Shown: positions 56,563 to 64,000 of the stretch, one piece after another
Layout of the letters: every line of letters begins with the position of its first letter
Position numbering within the stretch: the first letter of the stretch is position 1
Assembly: GCA_028279595.1 (NCBI GenBank)
Contig: JANQNK010000004.1
Span: 96,001 to 160,000, forward strand
Length of the DNA stretch: 64,000 bases
Direction: 5' to 3'
Origin: Thermoplasmatota archaeon
GTDB lineage: Archaea; Thermoplasmatota; JAKEGO01
Made by a program: the position numbers and the translations under genes
The notes under the pieces: generated by a model
Told to the model about the DNA's origin: nothing
The model's input: the letters and a program-made list of their open reading frames with translations, nothing else
Database searches by the model: none

Positions 56563-59190
56563 CTGAGACCGCTGATTCCGCTCGTGATCGCCGTGACGTT
56601 CCTAGCCATGACCGTGTTCGCAGCAGGTGAGACGATAACCGTGGCACCGGACGAGGGGCCCGGTGTGGATTACACCGTGATACAGGAAGCGATCAATGCA
56701 TCGTCCGCAGGTGATACGATATACATCATGAATGGCGGATATTACGAAATGATCACCATAGACAAGGACATCACTTTGAGGGGGGAGATCGCCGGGCAGG
56801 CCATCATCAATGGCAGCAATCTCTGGGATGTGGTCACCATCCTCGCAGATAATGTCACCATCATCGATCTCACCATTGAAGCGAGCAATCACGCGGTCTC
56901 CGGGATCGCAGGGATCCATATCGAGGGATCGAACTGTACGATATCAGGCTGCATCGTGCGATGGAACCGCAACGGTATAATCATTAAGGACGCCCTTGAA
57001 CCATATGGACATATTTCCAACATATCCATAGTTGACAGCCACTTCGAGGACAATCAGTGGGGCGTCAATGCCTATCTGAACTCGTCAGGTGTGTCAGTGA
57101 GGAACTGCACTTTCATCAACAATTCAGACGGGGTCCAGTTCTGGAGTTCCGACGACGGTTCCGTCCTGGACTGTTCCTTCGACAACAACGTCTACGCCAT
57201 CGATATGCAGGTCTCGAATCGGACCGCGATCGAGGGTGTCGACATCGTTGGACGATACTATGGCATTCAGATGGTGGGTTGCAACGATGTCACGGTCCGG
57301 AGTACCAATATCACCGATGCTCCGTTCGGTGGGTTCACGATCTCGAACTGCCTCGGCATCGGGATGTACGAGGTCGTGATGGTCAACAGCCTCTTCACCC
57401 TGGCAGGCGATGACAGCGGCCACTACGCCACACACACCATCGAGAACTGCACGTCAGATGGTGAGGGCATTCAATATCTGGTCGGGCTGAGCGACAGTGA
57501 ACTGTCCATCGGCGGTGGACCCGTCTACCTCATCGACGGCGCCAACGTAACGATGAGGGATGCGAACAGGACATCGCTGAGATACGGGTTCGTGATCGTC
57601 AATTGCACCGGTGTGACGATCGAAAACGTCTCCTTTTCACAGAATGTCTACGACCTGAGGGCGATAGACTGTACCGATCTGACCGTAAGCGGATGTGTCT
57701 TCGAGGACCCCACTTACAGATCGGTCTGGATAACCCGGGGTTCGGGAACAGCCTTGATCGACAATGACATCCTGAACGGCACAGGGATCTATCTGGATTC
57801 CAGTACGGACCACGAGCTGATGGGGAACAGGATCGCAAGCGGCGATATCATCATCGTCGGAGACGAGCTCGACCATTTCCTGGGCACGTGGACGAACAAC
57901 ACCGTGGACGAAGAGCCTGTGATATACGTTAGAGACGTCCACTCAGGGACATTTACCATCGAAGGCAGCCTTGTCTATCTCGTCAACTGTACCGGTATCG
58001 GAGTGGAGAACGAGACGATATCCCACGATATCCTCGATCTGAACGTCTACTTCTGTGATGACCTCCACTTCACTGACGTCACCTTCAACGGGAGCGAGAT
58101 CGATGGAATGGTAAGGAATTCAACGGTATCCTTCCTCAACAACTCCATCACTTCCGACCTCGAACTGGTCGCCTACGATTCGAGGATCGTGTTCCGGGAC
58201 AACGTACTCGAAAACGAGGACCTTTCCATCAGGTACTACGATCCCGTCTCGGCATCCTTCGAGAGGAACGATATCACCTCGGGTTCGGGCAGGATCAGTG
58301 TTACCCGGGGGAGCTGCAACGTATCCTGGAACGATCTGGATGGATGCAGTCTCTGGTACGGCAGCGTGCAGGACTCCATGGTCCTGTTCAATGATCTGAA
58401 TGGATCCGAGATAAGTCTCTTCACCTGCGAATACATGACCATCTCGAACAATATCGTCATGAACGCTTCGACCGGATTACTTGTCGAAAGGGGATCGCAT
58501 CTATCGATCGCCTCGAACGAATTCACATCTGTGGGTTCAGGGATCGTCATGAACACAGCGGATAACTGCACCATCAGTTCCAACGAGGTCCTTTCGGACC
58601 AAAGATGGGGCTCGGGGATCAGTGTTTCGATATCGGATTCCGAGATCAGCGATAACATCTGCGAAGGGCTGTCATACGGGATCGGTGTGGATTCCTCGGA
58701 CAACCTTACCATATCCGGAAATCACTGTGACGACAATGCATACTCGGGCATCAAGGTAGGCAGGTTCACAACGAACTCGACGGTAACCGCCAATGATTGC
58801 GAGGAGAACACCTACGGGATCGAGATCGACCCCGACGCCAGCAGGAACGTCATCAGCTGGAACGTCCTGATCAACAACACGCTGGGCATCAACGGGAACG
58901 GCACGAACAACACCTTCCTGAACAATACGGTCGAGGACAGGAAGGGATCGCCCCCTGGGCCATCGCCCACGACCGATGGCGACGATGACGACATGGGGAT
59001 CAGGGTCGAGGACCTCATCTGCGTCATCTCACTCTTCGTCTTCGTGATCGTGTTCCTGATATCGGCGTTCGCTCCGAAACATGTGAAGAGGAAGAAAAAG
59101 GAGTTAAAGACCCGTCACAAGACCAGCCAGGACAAGTACCTTAGGACGAAGACGAACCTACCAGAGCATAGGAAGAGAAGATTAAAGTAG
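56563..59190 (+). CDS. NosD/CASH beta-helix surface protein with C-terminal TM and basic tail
   Basis: DYTVIQEAINASSAGDTIYI, beta-helix repeats, TM LICVISLFVFVIVFLISAF. Start is GTG 56584 or CTG 56563. Confidence 0.8.
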   Translation: MRPLIPLVIAVTFLAMTVFAAGETITVAPDEGPGVDYTVIQEAINASSAGDTIYIMNGGYYEMITIDKDITLRGEIAGQAIINGSNLWDVVTILADNVTIIDLTIEASNHAVSGIAGIHIEGSNCTISGCIVRWNRNGIIIKDALEPYGHISNISIVDSHFEDNQWGVNAYLNSSGVSVRNCTFINNSDGVQFWSSDDGSVLDCSFDNNVYAIDMQVSNRTAIEGVDIVGRYYGIQMVGCNDVTVRSTNITDAPFGGFTISNCLGIGMYEVVMVNSLFTLAGDDSGHYATHTIENCTSDGEGIQYLVGLSDSELSIGGGPVYLIDGANVTMRDANRTSLRYGFVIVNCTGVTIENVSFSQNVYDLRAIDCTDLTVSGCVFEDPTYRSVWITRGSGTALIDNDILNGTGIYLDSSTDHELMGNRIASGDIIIVGDELDHFLGTWTNNTVDEEPVIYVRDVHSGTFTIEGSLVYLVNCTGIGVENETISHDILDLNVYFCDDLHFTDVTFNGSEIDGMVRNSTVSFLNNSITSDLELVAYDSRIVFRDNVLENEDLSIRYYDPVSASFERNDITSGSGRISVTRGSCNVSWNDLDGCSLWYGSVQDSMVLFNDLNGSEISLFTCEYMTISNNIVMNASTGLLVERGSHLSIASNEFTSVGSGIVMNTADNCTISSNEVLSDQRWGSGISVSISDSEISDNICEGLSYGIGVDSSDNLTISGNHCDDNAYSGIKVGRFTTNSTVTANDCEENTYGIEIDPDASRNVISWNVLINNTLGINGNGTNNTFLNNTVEDRKGSPPGPSPTTDGDDDDMGIRVEDLICVISLFVFVIVFLISAFAPKHVKRKKKELKTRHKTSQDKYLRTKTNLPEHRKRRLK

Positions 59191-61626
59191 GAACTTCGTG
59201 AGGAACTTGTCCTCGTTCCCGGATAGTCCGTCGAAGTAGACGACACGGCTTCCCTTCGTCGAAACGTAAGTTACCCTGTAGTATGGATAGAGGACGTCCT
59301 CGAGGCGGATGACGTCGCCCTTGTACAGGAGGCCGACCATCCTCTCGATCTCCTTGTGGCTCGTCGTGGGCTTGAAGAGCTCCTCGAACACCGGAGCCTG
59401 TTCTATTGATGGCATCTCCTTTGAGTAGAGCTTGAATTTTACCGTCATCGATTGGAGGTAGACGTCCTCCTCGAAACGTACGAGTCCATCCTCCTTCAAT
59501 CGGTGGAGCATCCGTTCGACGACGGATTCATCCATCTGGAGGGTCTCGACGAGGTTTCCCAGGGTGTGAGGGTCCTTCAGTGCCATGAAGAGCCTTACCT
59601 CGTCGTCCGACAGGCCCATGAGCAGGGGGATGCCCTCAGACCTCCTGAGTCCCGATCCTCCTATCCTTCCGACCTCGCCGGTCATCCTGTCCCATAGCAG
59701 GGTCCGGATGGCCTGCTTCTTCATGATCAGGCCTGACTTGACATGCCGGAAGGTGACCTTGGTCAGCGGGAGGCCCACATCCTCGACGGATTCGACCATC
59801 TCCTTGGTCATGAACCCCTTTGCCTTGGATGTGGCGATCTCCGTGATATCCTCCTTATCGTGGAGCGGAGCGAATATCGCCATGGTCGGGCCGTCGGTCT
59901 CCCCGGGTCCCTCCTCTGGCTCGATGTCCGGTTCGTCATCCTCTCCCGACTGCAACTCGTCGAGAGAGAAGCTCGGGAGGCCTTCTGGGTCCGTTGGTCC
60001 GTCATCCTCATCGGGGAAGCCCACGCGGTCGATGTCGACCTCGTCCTCGGGATCTCCCGAGTGTTCGTCTTCAGCATCGGGTTCCTCGATCGCTGTATCG
60101 GGGACATCGGCGTCTATCGTTTCTTGCTCGTCATCGATATCAGGTTCCTCGTCCTCGTCGGGATCGAGTTCCTGTTCGCGCTCTCGCGGGCGATAGGTCG
60201 CCCCCGCGAACGGCGCTGGGTCGCCCCGCTTCCTCGCCGAGGGTGCGATGTCGCTCTTCCTGTCCGTTGGAACGGCCTGCCTTCCAGCGTGGTGGCTTGC
60301 CCTTGGTCGGACAGTGAACACGAACGATCTGTTCTGTGTCTGCTGGTCCGCGAGCACGCCGACGCCGATGGGGAGACCCCTGATGAAATCCGAGTCCGCC
60401 ATCATGGACGGCATCTTGGCGGGCATCCGCCTCCTCAGGGCGGTGATGTCGTCCTCGAGCGCGAGATTGTGACCGATCATGACATCGACCTGGGAAAGCA
60501 CGTCGTCGTTCGTCGCAGCCGGCCTCTGGGTGGCGAGAACGAGCGCGCAACCTGGCTTTCTGCCCAACTTGGCGTATTCCACCAATGAGGAGGTGGCCGG
60601 TGTCTCCCCCTTGTGGGGAAGCATGAGATGTGCCTCATCGATGAGCAGCCATGTGACGGGGATCGTCTCGGCGGTCATTGCCGAGTCCGCTATTATCTCT
60701 GCGTCCTCGGCCCTGGTCGCCTGGATCCTTGCCTCAAGCACCTTCCTGGCCAGTATCCCGACCACGAGCGCCCTGGAGTTCTCGCCGAGCCGTTGATGGC
60801 TGACGTCGATGACGGTTACCTGGTTCGGTACGGAGATCTGGTCCATCGAGGAGCCCTCCTCCTCGAATATGCCCCAGAGCTTGGCGGATTCGAAACGCGC
60901 GATGACGGACCGCCGGGTCGCCGGGGCGAAGCCGCGGTCCCTTGAGAGTATGTCGACGTCCTTCTCGATGACGGTGATGACGTCGTCGATGCTGTACTTC
61001 TCGCGTCCCTCGACCTTCATCTTCCGGCCCTTCGGGCTGAGGTACCTGTATCCCTCGAGCGCCTTCTGGAGGGCCGTGCCGATGAGAAGTCCCTGGACCT
61101 TGAACCGGTCTATGTCGAAGACCGAACACCAGTCCTCGGCGGTCATGTCGGACACGGTGATGCTGAAGGGTTCGTCCACTGTCTCGCGTAGCTCGTTGAA
61201 GTAGCCGGCGGGGGCCATGACCTTCATGTTGTTGAGGCCCTGGACCTTCATCCCCCACTTCTTGAGCGCGTCACGTTCCGACTTCGACCTGTTGGGGAAC
61301 TTCATGGACCAGAATACGCCCACAGGATCGACGATTACCACGCCTATGCCTGTCTTCGTCCCCGCGAGCTCCTCCGCGACGACCCCGAGGGTGTAACTCT
61401 TGCCGGACCCCCTCTTCCCGCAGATGAACACGATGTGGGGGAACCTGGCATCGACCATCACCTTCCGCTCGTGGAACTTGCCGGCCTCGGTCACGGCCCC
61501 GACGTACATGAGGCCTTTCTTCCCTGCGCGCTTGTGTCCAGTGGACGAGCGTCCGATGACGACCATGTCCCTGTCCTCGAGCGGGCTGAACGGGGAATCG
61601 ACCGGTATAGGAACAAGCTTTGGCAT
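59182..61626 (-). CDS. HerA/FtsK-superfamily (DUF87-type) ATPase with acidic linker and C-terminal winged-helix region
   Basis: Walker A GKRGSGKS, IVDPVG, Walker B LLIDEAH, GRKPG, ATQRP; GGAGG RBS. Confidence 0.8.
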   Translation of the reverse strand: MPKLVPIPVDSPFSPLEDRDMVVIGRSSTGHKRAGKKGLMYVGAVTEAGKFHERKVMVDARFPHIVFICGKRGSGKSYTLGVVAEELAGTKTGIGVVIVDPVGVFWSMKFPNRSKSERDALKKWGMKVQGLNNMKVMAPAGYFNELRETVDEPFSITVSDMTAEDWCSVFDIDRFKVQGLLIGTALQKALEGYRYLSPKGRKMKVEGREKYSIDDVITVIEKDVDILSRDRGFAPATRRSVIARFESAKLWGIFEEEGSSMDQISVPNQVTVIDVSHQRLGENSRALVVGILARKVLEARIQATRAEDAEIIADSAMTAETIPVTWLLIDEAHLMLPHKGETPATSSLVEYAKLGRKPGCALVLATQRPAATNDDVLSQVDVMIGHNLALEDDITALRRRMPAKMPSMMADSDFIRGLPIGVGVLADQQTQNRSFVFTVRPRASHHAGRQAVPTDRKSDIAPSARKRGDPAPFAGATYRPREREQELDPDEDEEPDIDDEQETIDADVPDTAIEEPDAEDEHSGDPEDEVDIDRVGFPDEDDGPTDPEGLPSFSLDELQSGEDDEPDIEPEEGPGETDGPTMAIFAPLHDKEDITEIATSKAKGFMTKEMVESVEDVGLPLTKVTFRHVKSGLIMKKQAIRTLLWDRMTGEVGRIGGSGLRRSEGIPLLMGLSDDEVRLFMALKDPHTLGNLVETLQMDESVVERMLHRLKEDGLVRFEEDVYLQSMTVKFKLYSKEMPSIEQAPVFEELFKPTTSHKEIERMVGLLYKGDVIRLEDVLYPYYRVTYVSTKGSRVVYFDGLSGNEDKFLTKFLL

Positions 61627-61886
61627 CCTCCCGCCATCGTGTGGAAATTATTTAAACTGTCGCAAAGTGGGTGGTGGTCACTTCTGCTCGGAACGGCTAT
61701 AGACTGTGGTCACGGATGGGTAGGGAGAAGGGAATTCGATGTCTGTCATCATAGGAAACGGACCTGTACGCGGTACCATGGGAGCATTTACCAGTTGGCA
61801 TCAGGTTTATATATTCACTATCGATGGCATGACATCATCGCTCACGTTGGACCGATATCCTTAGAACAATGTCATGAGGTGTTGTT

Positions 61887-64000
61887 ATGAACGAGAAATT
61901 GGGGAGATTCGTCGTTGACAGACCCGCGCTGACGGTGCTCGTTATCCTGATGATAACGTTCACCCTTGGATTCGTCAATTCCAGTCCGGAGACCTTCGGG
62001 CTTGAGAAGAACACGACCGAGCGCGAGGACCAGTGGCTTCCGGACAACGATATCGTCAATGCCGACCAGGAGATCAGCGACAATTACGGGATCCAGGTCA
62101 GGTACATGCAGGTCATCGTCAAGGCGGACAACATCCTGGACAGGGACACGCTCATCGAGATCATGGAGATGGAGATGGCAATAGCGAACAGGTCATCGGT
62201 CAAGGACATCCTGTTCCCGCAGGAGGGAAATGTCACGTCCATATCCAGCATCATCGCCTATGGCTACTGGAACCAGCTCGAGGAGATGAACGCTACGGGG
62301 GGTATGGAGTTCGACCCGATGGGGCTCCTTCTGTCGATGAACCAGACGACGATCAACCAGACTATCATGGGAATAGAGAATGCAGAGTTCGCCCAGTTCA
62401 GGCCCTCCATGGTCCTCACTAAGGACTTCCCGAAGAACATCGAGCGGAACATGACCAAGGCGAAGGGATCGATGATCCTGATAATGCTCAATTCGTCGAT
62501 GTATGACAGGATCGACGGGGACTACAACCCGATCCTCGACGCGGACAAGGATGTTATCAGGACGATCGAACGCATGGACCTGGAGCATGTCAAGGACACG
62601 GGCCTCATCGAGGATGAGTACATCAGCTACAGGATAGAGGAGGACTCCGGTGACGTGATGGGATTCCTCTTCATGATGGTCTTCGTCCTAATCATAACCA
62701 TTCTCTTCCTGACATACAGGTCTGTCTTCGACACCGTCATCAGCATCATAGCCCTCATGTTCGCCATAACATGGATGGACGGGATAGGCGTCCTTCTGGG
62801 CCTGACCTTCCATTCTATGTACCAGGCGGTACCGATCCTGTTGATGGGTCTGGGCGTCGATTACGCCATCCACCTCGTCATGAGATATCGTGAGGAGCGT
62901 GTCCATTTCAACAAGACAATAAGGGATTCGTTGATACTCACATCCGTCTCTGTCGGCGCTGCCCTGTTCCTCGCCACGCTTACCACGTCGATAAGCTTCG
63001 GCTCGAACACGGTCTCCGAGATCAAGCCGATGCAGGAGTTCGCGATATTCGCACTGGTGGGTATCATCGCCGCCTTCATCACGATGGTAACGTTCGTGCC
63101 CGCGATGAAGATGCTCTACCACACGTTCCAGCAGAAGAGGGGCATCAAGGAGTTCAAGAAGATAAGGGGGAAGAGGACGAAGAGCGGGAAGAAGAAGACC
63201 GGGTCCTCCTCGCTGCTCTCGCGCGGCCTGGCAAAGGGTGCGGTTGCCGCGGAGCACCACGCATACACCGTGATATTCGCCGTGGTCGTTGTCTCGCTCA
63301 TGAGCACCTACCTGGCCTTCCAGCTGGAGACCGAGTTCGATTTCACCGAGTTCCTCCCCGAGGGCTCGGAGATGACGGACGACATCCTGTATCTCGTCGA
63401 CAACTACGACTTCGGCACCGAGCAATCGAACGTCCTCATCAAGGGCGACATCACCGACCCGGATGTGTTACGGGCGATGAACGAAACTGAGAACAGGATA
63501 CTCAACGACCCCTACGTGAACGAGGAGCAACCGATCGAATCGATCCTGACGTTGATGAGAGGCGTCGCGGGCGGACAGTACATCATCAACGGGTCCCCGG
63601 CGGAGGACCCCGTGTTCGCAGGCATGTACAATGCAGCTGACACAGATGGTGACGATGTCCCCGATACCAACGTCGAGGGCCTCTTCGACTACCTCATGAA
63701 CGACGAGCGGTACGAGTTCTCCACCGTGCGCGTCCTTCATTACAATGAGGATAAGGACGAGTACGATGGCACGGTGATCAGGGTCAGTGTCAACTCGCAG
63801 AACGCGGCCAAGGCGAAGGACATCTCGGACGACCTCGAGGATGACATCAAACCTCTGGAGAGGGAGAGCGGGGTCAAAGAGGTCACGGCAACGAGCGGTC
63901 CGGTGTTGATCCACTACATCATCAACTCCATCGAGGTCAGCGGTATGCAGTCGTTGCTGATCAGCATTGTCGTGGCTGGAATTATACTGACCATCGTATT
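61887..64000 (+). CDS. RND/MMPL-family transporter (COG1033-type); runs off the right edge
   Basis: Not in the ORF track because there is no stop. GAGGTG RBS, MNEKLGRFVVDRPALTV...; LLMGLGVDYAIHL..RYREE, ATLTTSISFGS, TFVPA; second repeat begins near FLPEG. Confidence 0.9.
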   Translation, partial: MNEKLGRFVVDRPALTVLVILMITFTLGFVNSSPETFGLEKNTTEREDQWLPDNDIVNADQEISDNYGIQVRYMQVIVKADNILDRDTLIEIMEMEMAIANRSSVKDILFPQEGNVTSISSIIAYGYWNQLEEMNATGGMEFDPMGLLLSMNQTTINQTIMGIENAEFAQFRPSMVLTKDFPKNIERNMTKAKGSMILIMLNSSMYDRIDGDYNPILDADKDVIRTIERMDLEHVKDTGLIEDEYISYRIEEDSGDVMGFLFMMVFVLIITILFLTYRSVFDTVISIIALMFAITWMDGIGVLLGLTFHSMYQAVPILLMGLGVDYAIHLVMRYREERVHFNKTIRDSLILTSVSVGAALFLATLTTSISFGSNTVSEIKPMQEFAIFALVGIIAAFITMVTFVPAMKMLYHTFQQKRGIKEFKKIRGKRTKSGKKKTGSSSLLSRGLAKGAVAAEHHAYTVIFAVVVVSLMSTYLAFQLETEFDFTEFLPEGSEMTDDILYLVDNYDFGTEQSNVLIKGDITDPDVLRAMNETENRILNDPYVNEEQPIESILTLMRGVAGGQYIINGSPAEDPVFAGMYNAADTDGDDVPDTNVEGLFDYLMNDERYEFSTVRVLHYNEDKDEYDGTVIRVSVNSQNAAKAKDISDDLEDDIKPLERESGVKEVTATSGPVLIHYIINSIEVSGMQSLLISIVVAGIILTIV

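Noticed and set aside
1-64000. Numerous long antisense or alternate-frame ORFs (e.g. 5542-6624, 23472-24698, 48733-49758, 54316-55461)
   Set aside because: Expected shadows of high-GC3 genes on the opposite strand; no recognisable motifs.

Overview
GC-rich archaeal DNA, probably an uncultured Thermoplasmatota-like lineage. Archaeal markers are the archaeal-type ThrRS, a Dim2/Pno1 KH protein, an HVO_0476-type zinc finger, a PGF-CTERM sorting signal and BRE/TATA promoters; the lineage itself is inferred. More than half of the window encodes large secreted or membrane-anchored surface proteins. Housekeeping and other standard genes are interspersed: thrS, pyrC, ogt, an ATP-NAD kinase family protein, a sulfotransferase, a GT2, a HerA-like ATPase, an RND/MMPL transporter, tRNA-Val(GAC) and tRNA-Lys(CTT). 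Three things stand out. (1) A ~5,550-aa ORF (31940-48583) consists of two homologous integrin-alpha-like ectodomains joined by a TM helix, a cytoplasmic DnaX_C/DnaA_N-like domain and an internal signal-peptide-like segment, making it a candidate surface polyprotein. (2) A co-oriented ~13 kb cluster (13454-26805) couples a double-cubane-type reductase, two ATP-dependent activases, a NapH-type membrane ferredoxin and a DsbD_2-like membrane protein with a C25-like cysteine peptidase and Cys-bearing surface proteins. (3) The tRNA-Lys locus carries an upstream copy of its promoter and 5' half, and a downstream tandem of two ~130-bp palindromic units bounded by tRNA 3'-end copies whose hairpins are conserved in structure rather than sequence. 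No database searches were run; family calls rest on motif recognition.
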